From Candidatus Harrisonbacteria bacterium (lineage in GTDB: Bacteria; Patescibacteriota; Minisyncoccia; UBA6257; WO2-44-18), in NCBI GenBank assembly GCA_016182295.1, contig JACOXP010000008.1, forward strand, positions 1 through 47,663: 47,663 nucleotides of DNA. The letters are read 5' to 3'. Positions 19,111 to 28,447 of the stretch are shown here, in pieces (positions within the stretch are counted from its first letter, which is position 1; every line of letters starts with the position of its first letter). The notes under the pieces were generated by a model that was given only the letters and a program-made list of their open reading frames with translations, was not told where the DNA came from and searched no databases. A program made the position numbers and the translations under genes.

Positions 19111-20013
19111 TTAATTCGGCGGAAGCACCCGTCTGGGTTTTGGTTTCTCGCGCATCTTGCTTTTTTCTCCTCTGGCGTCTTCTCGTGATTTTTCAAAAGC
19201 AGTCCTATTTTTCTTAATCCATGCATACCACTTTAGTAAGTCATTGTCGTTAGGCAACAAAACGGTAGCGGCTTTATACTTTCCAGCGAAACGATGATTG
19301 TAAAGTCTCACACTCGCGTACCCCCTCTCGTCGGTTCGCAAATCACAATCAAACCTCCAATAACATACCGTAACTCTTTCTAATTGATTCTCCTTAATCA
19401 CTCTTAAATAGTAATGGCCCGTCTTGTTGTCAAATCCAATATCATGAAGAGGGAGTTCTTCTTCGAATTTTAGCCACTTAATTCCCCAATTCAGGGGTTT
19501 GGCGACCCAACTCTGACGACCTTCCGTCAATACCAACCTATTCCTTTCTCTATCTAGTTTTAAACCTTCAAGCCACACAATAATAGCGCCTTCGTAAATC
19601 TCACCGGATTTTAAAAAACAGCGAACGGTGGTCTCAATCATTGCGGCGCTAAATACCATCGAGAAATCATTCCAGCTGTCTATTTCTATCTCACACCTTT
19701 CCACACCGGGCAGTTGTTGCTTGATAGTCGTGAAAGAACCAGATAGTCCGTCTGTGAAGTATCCCCAATTTGTTGGAAATGACATTTTAGCCTTTCCATT
19801 TTTGGCGTATTCAGATACCAATTTCTCAAATAATGATTCGTCCGTAGTAGAGTCCTTGTGGGCTTCCATTTCTTCTTCAAAGGTTGAAACTTTGCCGAAT
19901 TCAATACCGCTTTCACAAATTTCAGTTTCAGCCCACGTAGCTTCATCGGTTTTTATAGTGAAACTGCATGAAGCTATTAAAGCGACTACCGAAAAAATAC
20001 CGAAACGTTTCAT
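19111..20013 (-). CDS. Putative lipoprotein of unknown function
   Basis: MKRFGIFSVVALIAS-C lipobox-like signal; AAGGAGG SD before the ATG at 20013. Confidence 0.7.
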   Translation of the reverse strand: MKRFGIFSVVALIASCSFTIKTDEATWAETEICESGIEFGKVSTFEEEMEAHKDSTTDESLFEKLVSEYAKNGKAKMSFPTNWGYFTDGLSGSFTTIKQQLPGVERCEIEIDSWNDFSMVFSAAMIETTVRCFLKSGEIYEGAIIVWLEGLKLDRERNRLVLTEGRQSWVAKPLNWGIKWLKFEEELPLHDIGFDNKTGHYYLRVIKENQLERVTVCYWRFDCDLRTDERGYASVRLYNHRFAGKYKAATVLLPNDNDLLKWYAWIKKNRTAFEKSREDARGEKSKMREKPKPRRVLPPN

Positions 20014-20181
20014 CTCAACGCCTCCTTTCAAAGAACCCAAAGACCAGGTTATCAGGAAAAATAGTAATAATCAAATAAATGTACCCTTCCAACACCTTTT
20101 TTATTTGACTTTTTTAGTGGTTTGTGATAGATTACGTGCAGTGTTCTTTCATATTGAAACCTTTTTAGGAGGAGGTGGTTT

Positions 20182-21348
20182 ATGGGAAGGCCTGCGTTTG
20201 GTTTCGGTCGGATGATGATGTGCATTCTCGAGCTCGTAGGTGAAGCGAACGAACTTTCTCTGCCGGTGGAGAAATTACACGAAAAGACCGGCTTAACCAA
20301 GACATCGATTCGGAACTACCTCGATGAACTCAAGGCAAAGGGTTTTATTGAGATTGTTCTTGGCGATGTCCGCGGTCGGGGATTTGCAGTTTCCCGTTTA
20401 ATCGTAAAAAAGCGGGATGGGATCTCAGTTTCGACAGACGATCTTCAGAATCACGAAGCGCTGGATGACAAGCAATCTTTGGTCGCGTCTCGCAAACCGG
20501 AACCCATTCCCGATTCCGCGCCGACAAGGGTTGGAAATCTGAGTCCAGCAGAGCCGTCGTTTTTCGCGGCCCTTCTGGATTACGACAACGTTTTGGGATC
20601 AGCCCGCAATGCGGGTTTTCCGATCTCGTTTTCGCGGCTGCGAGAATTGGTGAGAAAGTTTGGCAAAATTCTTTTTGCCGAAGCTTTTCTCTCTCCGACA
20701 ACCAACCGCCCGGAAATCGTAGCCAAGCTGGACAAGGCAGGATGGACCGTTGTTGCCTGCCCGCCGGAGGCGAAGGATAAGGACAGCGTCGATGCCCACA
20801 TAATCAATCGAGCGCTGAATTATCTCCATCTTTCGTCTCTCGGAGGAGTGGTAGTGATTAGTCGAGATCGGGATTTCATCAACCTCGAGCACTCGGCGGC
20901 CGACGTCCACAAGACCTGCGCGTTTTTGAACGTTGTTGTCGAGAAAGAAAATGTCGAGGGCTATGACGAACAGTCAGGAAACCCGCTCTATGAAAGCGGC
21001 ATGGTCGACAGGTTCGGGAAAGCGATCGAGCAGATTCGCTCGAGCTGGGGCGGCTTGGTTGCCGCAGAGGAAGAGCGAGTTCGTTTCGTCGGGGAGATAA
21101 TCAGGACGATCGCGAATCGGTATTCCAGCGATCATCTTGGCTTCAAGCAGATGCTGTGGTGGCTCTGGGAGTGTCTGAAGCTGAGGTGGGGGCGCATTTT
21201 CGAACGTGAGCATCATCTCAAATCAGCGATGACCGCAATGGTCAATCGCCAAGTGCTCCTCCGTCATGAGGGACATAGCTACGTTTACTACACGCTGAAT
21301 CAGCAGGATAAGTGCGTGGTAAATTCCCTCAACGGAATGAAGGTTTAG
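20182..21348 (+). CDS. HTH-NYN (PIN-like) domain protein
   Basis: N-terminal wHTH (LHEKTGLTKTSIRNYLDELKAKGFI); NYN-type acidic motifs LDYDN, KDSVD, SRDRDF; GGAGGAGG SD. Confidence 0.75.
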   Translation: MGRPAFGFGRMMMCILELVGEANELSLPVEKLHEKTGLTKTSIRNYLDELKAKGFIEIVLGDVRGRGFAVSRLIVKKRDGISVSTDDLQNHEALDDKQSLVASRKPEPIPDSAPTRVGNLSPAEPSFFAALLDYDNVLGSARNAGFPISFSRLRELVRKFGKILFAEAFLSPTTNRPEIVAKLDKAGWTVVACPPEAKDKDSVDAHIINRALNYLHLSSLGGVVVISRDRDFINLEHSAADVHKTCAFLNVVVEKENVEGYDEQSGNPLYESGMVDRFGKAIEQIRSSWGGLVAAEEERVRFVGEIIRTIANRYSSDHLGFKQMLWWLWECLKLRWGRIFEREHHLKSAMTAMVNRQVLLRHEGHSYVYYTLNQQDKCVVNSLNGMKV

Positions 21349-21355
21349 AGTTCTC

Positions 21356-21383
21356 CGCCCCGACGCAACGTCGGGGCTTTTTT
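21356..21383 (+). terminator. Intrinsic terminator
   Basis: gccccgacg-caa-cgtcggggc-tttttt. Confidence 0.85.
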
Positions 21384-21414
21384 ATTGCCCAAAATCGCGA
21401 TAAAATAGAAGGCA

Positions 21415-22593
21415 ATGAACGATATAGAAAAATTATTAAGCCGAGGAGTGGAAGAAGTAATCGAAAGAACGCATTTGGAAAATCGGCTCAAAAATGGCAA
21501 TAAACTGCGGGTGAAATTTGGCATTGACCCGACGGCGCCGGATTTACATTTGGGCCATACGGTGCCGCTCCGGAAATTGCGCCAATTTCAGGACGCCGGC
21601 CACACCGCGGTTTTGATAATCGGCGATTTTACCGCTCGCGTTGGCGATCCAACCGGAAAATCGGAGGAGCGGAAATCGCTTTCTGCCGATGAGGTCAAAG
21701 CCAATTTGAAAAAGTATCTGCGGCAGGCCGCCAAAGTACTGGACATTAAATTTAACTGGCTTGGCCGGCCGAAAAAAACGCCAAAATTTGAAATTCATTA
21801 CAACAGCCGTTGGTTTGCCAAAGACGGAATCGAAAAAATAATGGCGCTTGCCAAAATCGGCACGCTTAATCAAATGCTTCAGAGAGCGGAATTTAAAAAA
21901 CGCATCGAAGAAGGCGGCGGCGTCTCAATGGTGGAATCGCTCTATCCGCTGATGCAGGGCTATGATTCGGTGATGGTCAAAGCCGACGTGGAGATCGGCG
22001 GCACCGATCAAAAGTTCAACCTTTTAATGGGGCGGCAAGTTCAAAAACACTTTGGAATGCCAGAGCAGGACGTTTTGACACTCCCGCTTCTTGAGGGGAC
22101 GGATGGAGTCAAGAAAATGTCTAAAAGCGCCGGTAATTATATAGCGCTTAACGCCGAACCGAATGATATGTTCGGGAAAATAATGTCCGTTCCGGACAAA
22201 TTGATTGATAAATATTTTATATTGCTTACCGATCGGCAGCGGTCTTCTCAAAATCCCCGCGAAGCGAAATTAGAACTTGCCGAAACCATTGTCGCGATGT
22301 ATTACGACGAGAAAGCAGCTAAAAAAGCTCAAGCAGAATTTGAACGAGTAGTTTCGGAAGGTGGAAAGCCAAACGAAATACCCGTAAAAAAAATAGCAAA
22401 TCGTAAATTGAAACTAAGCGATCTTTTAGTTGAAGTCGGAATGACGCAAAGCAAAAGCGAAGCACGGCGACTCATTGAGCAGGGGGGTGTCAAAATCAAC
22501 GATGAGAAAAAATTAGATCCAGATGAGACTATTGAAATTAAGGCCGAAACTCTGATACAAGTAGGTAGACGACATTTCCTGAAAGTTCATTGA
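21415..22593 (+). CDS. tyrS: Tyrosine--tRNA ligase
   Basis: GIDPTAPDLHLGH, YPLMQGYD, GGTDQKFN, KMSKS, C-terminal S4 domain. Confidence 0.97.
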   Translation: MNDIEKLLSRGVEEVIERTHLENRLKNGNKLRVKFGIDPTAPDLHLGHTVPLRKLRQFQDAGHTAVLIIGDFTARVGDPTGKSEERKSLSADEVKANLKKYLRQAAKVLDIKFNWLGRPKKTPKFEIHYNSRWFAKDGIEKIMALAKIGTLNQMLQRAEFKKRIEEGGGVSMVESLYPLMQGYDSVMVKADVEIGGTDQKFNLLMGRQVQKHFGMPEQDVLTLPLLEGTDGVKKMSKSAGNYIALNAEPNDMFGKIMSVPDKLIDKYFILLTDRQRSSQNPREAKLELAETIVAMYYDEKAAKKAQAEFERVVSEGGKPNEIPVKKIANRKLKLSDLLVEVGMTQSKSEARRLIEQGGVKINDEKKLDPDETIEIKAETLIQVGRRHFLKVH

Positions 22594-22606
22594 AAGGTGA
22601 ATCGAG

Positions 22607-23257
22607 ATGAGTGAAAACCTCGAGCGATTTTTCACCGATTATCTCCAACGTTCGATAATTAAACTAGATAAAGAAATTGGCCGCTTGGAATCCCTGAGGG
22701 ACAAAGGTTCGATATATGACCCGGAGGACCTGAAGCTTTTACTGACGAAAGTAATTCGAGAAGATGAACTACGCCCGATAGAAGAACAAGTTATTTTCTT
22801 GAAAGGCGCAATCCAGGATAAAGCCCGCCTCCTAAAACTTTGGCCTTTTTTCATTAAACAAGCTGTCGTTTGGAATCCCGAGATTGAGCTTGATCTCAGA
22901 ATTGAAAATATGGATATACCGGTTGGGGAATTTCTTGATTTGATCAATTCTCATGACCCGCATATGAATATGATTATTTATCTTACCGAAGAGATAATTA
23001 ACATAGGTTATGACATTCTTGAAGAGCTTAATGAAAACACGATACAAGGCGTTAAAGAAAAGATGTCGGTTGTTCAAAGGGCCTTCACCATTGTCAAAAA
23101 CAGCCGATCCTTTTACGCGGTGTCTACGATTAATGACTTACTGGCTCAAACAATAGAGAAACTGGAAAATGACTACATTCAATTGCGTTACCACTATTCA
23201 ATACGAATGGACTCTATTGATGCGGAGAACGATATGTTACAATGTAAGGGTGATTAA
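22607..23257 (+). CDS. Hypothetical helical protein
   Basis: 216-aa ORF with AAAGGTG SD; no motif recognised. Confidence 0.7.
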   Translation: MSENLERFFTDYLQRSIIKLDKEIGRLESLRDKGSIYDPEDLKLLLTKVIREDELRPIEEQVIFLKGAIQDKARLLKLWPFFIKQAVVWNPEIELDLRIENMDIPVGEFLDLINSHDPHMNMIIYLTEEIINIGYDILEELNENTIQGVKEKMSVVQRAFTIVKNSRSFYAVSTINDLLAQTIEKLENDYIQLRYHYSIRMDSIDAENDMLQCKGD

Positions 23258-23303
23258 ATCTAAGGTTACAACAACAACAATCTTTGTGTGCCCAGCGCGC
23301 TGA
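23250..23303 (+). CDS. Threonine operon leader peptide (ThrL-like), MIKSKVTTTTIFVCPAR
   Basis: GTG start 6 nt after TG-T-TACAAT; ACA x4 then ATC; followed by a terminator directly upstream of thrA. Confidence 0.75.
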   Translation: MIKSKVTTTTIFVCPAR

Positions 23304-23331
23304 GGTTGTGGTTCTCGATTTCCAAGCTAAC

Positions 23332-23362
23332 AAACCCCGACCATCAGCGTCGGGGCTTTTTT
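23332..23362 (+). terminator. Attenuator terminator of the thr operon
   Basis: aaccccgac-catcagc-gtcggggc-tttttt ending at the thrA ATG. Confidence 0.8.
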
Positions 23363-25672
23363 ATGAAAAAATTTATCAAAATATTGAAATTCGGAGGTTC
23401 GTCGGTCGGTTCGGCTGGACGGATTAAAAACGTTTGCGGAATCATTCGTGATTCTGCCTTGAGTTTGCCGAAAGGCAACCGAATAACCATTGTTGTTTCC
23501 GCCATGCAAGGCATAACGGATAAATTACTGGCATTGGACTTTGATTTTGTAAAAGAAAAACATATTACGGTTGCCAAAGAATTGCGTGTACTGCCGCCAA
23601 CCAATCTACTAGATGAATTGGAAAACGTGATAAAAGCCGCAAAAATTCTAAACAATGTCTCGCCGATAATTTTAGATTTAGTAACCAGTTTCGGCGAACG
23701 GCTTTCGGCCCAGCTTGTTGCCGACTATTTGAATAAAAAAATTCCGGCTATCGCGGTTGACGCTCGGGGATTAATAAAAACTAATGATGATTTTCAAAAC
23801 GCTGCCGTTGATTTTAAAAAAACTAATCTTTGTATAAAAAAGTTTTTTAAGAAGTTGCGGGGAATTCCGGTTGTAACTGGATTTGTCGGTTCAACCGATC
23901 GCGGTCAGACCACCACTCTCGGTCGTGGCGGCTCGGATTACAGCGCTTCCATTTTCGGCGCGGCGCTTGGAGTTAAAGTTATTGAAATTTGGACAGATGC
24001 CAACGGCATTATGACTGCCGATCCGCGAGTAATCGCCGAAGCTTTTACTCTGCCGGAGATTAGTTATGAAGAAGCGTTTGAAATGGCCTACTTCGGCGCC
24101 AAAATCATTCATCCGGCGACTATGTTGCCCGCGATCAAAAGCAGAATCCCAATACTGATTAAAAACACCTTTAACTCGAATCATAACGGCACTTTAATTT
24201 TAAAAAGCCCGAAAAAGAGCGATTGGGGCCTCAAGAACATAACCACCATAGGCAAAATAGCCCTAATCGAGGTTGGCGGAGCTAACTTGGCGGGTCATCC
24301 TGGTGTAGCCGAACGGGTTTTCGGAGCTGTTGCCAAAGGGAAAATCAATGTAATTTTAATTGCCCAGGCCTCCTCTGAACGCGCCATTTGCTTCGCTGTA
24401 AACAGAGACGATACGGAAAAAGCCATTGCCGCGATCGGAAAAGATTTCGTTTCGGAAATCAGCCGGAAAGAAGTGTTTGTGAAAAAATCTGATGGTAAAA
24501 GCGTTATTGCCGTTGTTGGCGATAACATGCGCGGTGTTCCCGGCGTTGCCGGAAGAATTTTTAAAGCTTTGGGTGATAACAATATCAATATCGCCGCGAT
24601 CGCCCAGGGGGGATCGGAACGAAATATTTCTTGTGTTGTCGCGGAAAAAGACAAAACGGCGGCCGTCGCGGCTATTCACAGAGAATTTTTCCAAAAAGAT
24701 CCAGCAATTTTCATCGTGGGAACCGGCAATGTTGGCGGAGAACTAATCCGTCAACTTACCGGCAACCAACTTAAAATTTGCGGGATTGCTAACAGCGAAA
24801 AGATGGTTTTTGATCACAAGGGCATTAATTCCAGTAATTGGAAAAAGGCCTTGCGGCAATCCCAGGATCCGATGAACATCGAAAAATTTCTTGAAAAAGC
24901 GAAATTAGTTTCCGAAAAAAGAATTTTTGTTGATTGCACCGCCAGCGATTCGGTAGCCAGAAGATATGCCGATATCGTTAAATCGGGGTTTCACATCGTT
25001 ACCCCCAATAAAAAAGCCAATGTCTTGCCGATGAAAAATTATTTTAGTCTTCGAAAAGCTCTTGCTGATTGCGCCAAACATTTTTATTACGACGCTAATG
25101 TCGGAGCCGGACTACCTATTATCGAAAGTATTAAAAAAATGATGGCGGCTGGAGATGAAATTAATAAAATTGAAGGCATTTTTTCCGGCACTTTGAGTTA
25201 CCTTTTCAATAATTACAATGGTCGGCAAAAATTTAGCGAGTTGGCGCAGAAAGCCAAAGTGTTGGGGTATACCGAACCGGATCCCCGAGAAGATTTGAGC
25301 GGAAAGGACGTGGGCCGGAAACTGCTGATTCTATCAAGGGAAATCGGCCTACCAGCCGAATCACGCGAAGTTGTTTTGGAAAATTTAGTAAAACCAGACG
25401 CTTATTTCGAATCCCGTTTTCAAAAAGCGAAACGGGCGGGAAAAGTTTTGCGTTACGTCGGATCGATACAAAACGGCAAAATATCGGCGTCGCTCCGAGA
25501 ACTCCCGGCAGACCATCCGTTGGCCAATGTTTCCGGCACGGACAATATTATTGCCATCTGGAGCCGTTACTACAAAACCCCCCTGGTCATAAAAGGCGCC
25601 GGCGCCGGTCGGGAAGTCACCGCCGCGGCGGTATTAAGCGGAATTTTAAAAATAATTCAACAACATGGATAA
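23363..25672 (+). CDS. thrA: Bifunctional aspartokinase/homoserine dehydrogenase
   Basis: KFGGSSV, TLGRGGSDYSA, two ACT domains, GTGNVG, VTPNKKA, NVGAGLP, GYTEPDPREDL, GAGAG. Confidence 0.95.
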   Translation: MKKFIKILKFGGSSVGSAGRIKNVCGIIRDSALSLPKGNRITIVVSAMQGITDKLLALDFDFVKEKHITVAKELRVLPPTNLLDELENVIKAAKILNNVSPIILDLVTSFGERLSAQLVADYLNKKIPAIAVDARGLIKTNDDFQNAAVDFKKTNLCIKKFFKKLRGIPVVTGFVGSTDRGQTTTLGRGGSDYSASIFGAALGVKVIEIWTDANGIMTADPRVIAEAFTLPEISYEEAFEMAYFGAKIIHPATMLPAIKSRIPILIKNTFNSNHNGTLILKSPKKSDWGLKNITTIGKIALIEVGGANLAGHPGVAERVFGAVAKGKINVILIAQASSERAICFAVNRDDTEKAIAAIGKDFVSEISRKEVFVKKSDGKSVIAVVGDNMRGVPGVAGRIFKALGDNNINIAAIAQGGSERNISCVVAEKDKTAAVAAIHREFFQKDPAIFIVGTGNVGGELIRQLTGNQLKICGIANSEKMVFDHKGINSSNWKKALRQSQDPMNIEKFLEKAKLVSEKRIFVDCTASDSVARRYADIVKSGFHIVTPNKKANVLPMKNYFSLRKALADCAKHFYYDANVGAGLPIIESIKKMMAAGDEINKIEGIFSGTLSYLFNNYNGRQKFSELAQKAKVLGYTEPDPREDLSGKDVGRKLLILSREIGLPAESREVVLENLVKPDAYFESRFQKAKRAGKVLRYVGSIQNGKISASLRELPADHPLANVSGTDNIIAIWSRYYKTPLVIKGAGAGREVTAAAVLSGILKIIQQHG

Positions 25673-26672
25673 AAAAATAAAAGTCGGAATTCTCGGAGCG
25701 ACCGGAATGGTTGGGCAAAAATTCATTACTCTCTTGCAAAGCCATCCATGGTTTGAAATTGCGGTGTTAGCCGCTTCCTCGCGATCGGCCGGTAAACTCT
25801 ACAAAGGAACGAAAATTCTATCAGTAGAAGAAAATTTAGAAGAAATTGCCGAAAAAGTTGATTTGGTTTTTTCCGCCATAGACGCGGAAAAGGAATGGGT
25901 TAAAAAAATTGAAGAAAAATACGCCACCGCCGGTGTGGCGGTGGTTTCCAACAATTCCGCTCATCGCTGGACGAAAGACGTGCCGATGATCATGCCGGAA
26001 ATCAACGCGCATCATTTATCTTTGATTGATGAACAAAGAAAAAGTCGTAGCTGGGCAACCGGTCTCATAATCGTTAAACCAAATTGTTCTTTGCAGTCGT
26101 ATCTTCCTGTTGTTCACGCGCTTCGCGAGTTTGAGCCGAAATTTGTTTCGGTCACTACTCTTCAAGCGATTTCCGGAGCGGGAAAAACTTTTGATTCCTG
26201 GCCGGAGATGATTGATAACTGCATACCCTTCATCGGCGGCGAAGAAGAAAAAACTGAAAAAGAACCGCAAAAGATTTTAGGATCGGCTTGCCCCATAATA
26301 TCGGCTACCTGTATCAGGGTGTCGGTTTCAGACGGACATATGGCGAGTGTTGCTATACAATTCGGTAAAAAGCCCAATATTAAGGCAATTTATGAGGCAA
26401 TTGATAACTTCCAAAATCCGTTAAAAGAATTGGGGCTTCCATCCGCTCCGGAAAAATTCATAAAATATTTTGTCGAAAATGACCGTCCGCAAACCAAGCT
26501 GGACAGAAACTACGCGAACGGTATGGGAATTACTTGCGGCAGATTTCGGGAAACGGCGAACGGCGAATGGCGCTTCGTAGCCCTTTCCCATAACACGGTC
26601 CGCGGCGCCGCCGGCGGCAGCATTCTCAATGCCGAACTTCTTTATAAAAAAGGTTTTTTGAAACATCGATGA
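25665..26672 (+). CDS. asd: Aspartate-semialdehyde dehydrogenase
   Basis: GATGMVGQ, KPNC, QAISGAG, HNTVRGAAGG. Confidence 0.95.
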   Translation: MDKKIKVGILGATGMVGQKFITLLQSHPWFEIAVLAASSRSAGKLYKGTKILSVEENLEEIAEKVDLVFSAIDAEKEWVKKIEEKYATAGVAVVSNNSAHRWTKDVPMIMPEINAHHLSLIDEQRKSRSWATGLIIVKPNCSLQSYLPVVHALREFEPKFVSVTTLQAISGAGKTFDSWPEMIDNCIPFIGGEEEKTEKEPQKILGSACPIISATCIRVSVSDGHMASVAIQFGKKPNIKAIYEAIDNFQNPLKELGLPSAPEKFIKYFVENDRPQTKLDRNYANGMGITCGRFRETANGEWRFVALSHNTVRGAAGGSILNAELLYKKGFLKHR

Positions 26673-27175
26673 AGGGAATCACTTTAATTGGAATGCCAGG
26701 CGTCGGAAAATCAACAATAGGAAAACTGTTGGCGGAGAAATTAAATTATAAATTTATTGATCTTGATGTTTTAATAAAAGAAAAAACTGGAAAAAGTCAC
26801 GCCGATATCATCAAGGAAAGGGGCGAACGAGAGCTCATTAAATTTGAAGGCGAACTTGCTTGCGGTCTTGATTTAACGGAAACGGTTTTTGCTCCCGGCG
26901 GTAGCATTATCTATTTTTATCCAGCAATGGAAAAACTGGAAAAAGAGACCGCTATTATTTATTTAAGTTTGCCGCTTTCGGAAATTGGGAAACGGCTGGC
27001 CGGCAGATTGGAAACTCGAGGAATTGTCGGTCTTACCCGTTGGGGAATCGAAGGGGTTTTTGTTTCCCGCAGCCCGCTCTATCAACTTTTCGCGCGCCAT
27101 GTTGTAGAATGCCAGGGATTAGATGAAGAAAAGATAGCCGACCGCATTTATGCTTTATTACAGCACCAACCATAA
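26669..27175 (+). CDS. Shikimate-kinase-fold P-loop kinase; candidate alternative homoserine kinase
   Basis: GMPGVGKST, FIDLD, APGGS; overlaps both asd and thrC. Confidence 0.8.
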   Translation: MKGITLIGMPGVGKSTIGKLLAEKLNYKFIDLDVLIKEKTGKSHADIIKERGERELIKFEGELACGLDLTETVFAPGGSIIYFYPAMEKLEKETAIIYLSLPLSEIGKRLAGRLETRGIVGLTRWGIEGVFVSRSPLYQLFARHVVECQGLDEEKIADRIYALLQHQP

Positions 27176-28388
27176 TTCAGATCGAGTGGATTTTAAGACG
27201 GCGCTTTTGCGCGGCTTGGCGCCCGATGGCGGACTTTATATGCCGGAATCGTTTCCGGAGCTTAGGAAAACAAAAGGCGCGAGTCAAAATTTTAGCGAAA
27301 CCCTAGCGCCATTCTTAGATATTCCAAAAACGGAAATCGCCAGAATCGTTGATGAATCCTTCGTTTTCCCGGTGCCTTCAAAAAAACTTTTCGGAGAGAT
27401 ATCAATTTTGGAGCTTTTCCACGGACCAACGCTCTCTTTTAAAGATTTCGGCGCGCGTTTTATGGCGCGAGCAATGAACTATTACTTGCAACGTAAAAAT
27501 GAGCAATTAACCATTATCGTCGCTACTTCTGGAGATACCGGCAGCGCTGTTGCTAGCGGGTTTTACGGTCTTTCCAATATCAGGGTTGTTGTTTTATATC
27601 CATCGAAACGAATTAGCGAATTGCAAGAAAAACAAATATCCACTTTCGGCGGAAATATTGCCGCGGTGGAAGTGGCGGGGGATTTTGACGATTGCCAAAG
27701 ATTAGCCAAGCAAGCGCTTTCCGATGAAAATTTGCGCGAAGAGATAAATTTATCTTCCGCTAATTCCATAAACATCGGACGCTTATTGCCGCAGATGTTT
27801 TATTATTTCAAAGGTTTTCAATCCGGAGCGAGTTTCGTTGTTCCTTCGGGAAATTTCGGTAATCTTACCGCCGGGCTTTTTGCTAAAAAAATCGGACTAC
27901 CGGTCAAGAAATTCATCGCCGCGATAAATGAAAATAGCGTCATTCCAGAATTTTTAGCGACGGGGAAATTAATCGAAAGAAAAACCAGAATGACAATATC
28001 GAACGCGATGGATGTCGGCAAGCCAAGCAATTGGGCGCGCATTACCGATCTTTATCAAGGCGACCGCTTGGCGATGAAAAAAGATCTGGAAGCGATTGCC
28101 ATCAGTGAAGCCGAAACCAAGAAAACTATCAGCGAGGTTTATAAAAATTACGGATATGTCGTCGATCCCCACACTGCCGTCGGCGTCGCCGCCGCTTTTC
28201 GGCAGCCGCCGGGAGAACCGAAAATTGTCTTGGCGACAGCCCATCCCGCGAAGTTTCCGAAAATCGTGGAATCCGCTATCGGCGAAAAAGTGAATATTCC
28301 GAACGCGCTTAACGAGGTCCTAAATAAGGAGAAGCGCAGCGTATTGATAAAGCCGGACTACCCCGCCCTTAAAGAGCTGCTTGCCTAA
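27150..28388 (+). CDS. thrC: Threonine synthase
   Basis: GLAPDGGLYMP, LELFHGPTLSFKDF, ATSGDTG, VPSGNFGN, TAHPAKF. Confidence 0.96.
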   Translation: MLYYSTNHNSDRVDFKTALLRGLAPDGGLYMPESFPELRKTKGASQNFSETLAPFLDIPKTEIARIVDESFVFPVPSKKLFGEISILELFHGPTLSFKDFGARFMARAMNYYLQRKNEQLTIIVATSGDTGSAVASGFYGLSNIRVVVLYPSKRISELQEKQISTFGGNIAAVEVAGDFDDCQRLAKQALSDENLREEINLSSANSINIGRLLPQMFYYFKGFQSGASFVVPSGNFGNLTAGLFAKKIGLPVKKFIAAINENSVIPEFLATGKLIERKTRMTISNAMDVGKPSNWARITDLYQGDRLAMKKDLEAIAISEAETKKTISEVYKNYGYVVDPHTAVGVAAAFRQPPGEPKIVLATAHPAKFPKIVESAIGEKVNIPNALNEVLNKEKRSVLIKPDYPALKELLA

Positions 28389-28447
28389 CTTTGTCGGAAG
28401 CTTTAGTATTGCTTCCAGACCTTTGTATAATTAAAGGAGAATCTATT

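Noticed and set aside
23266..23282. (ACA)n microsatellite as a contingency locus
   Set aside because: Better explained as the Thr control codons of the leader peptide.
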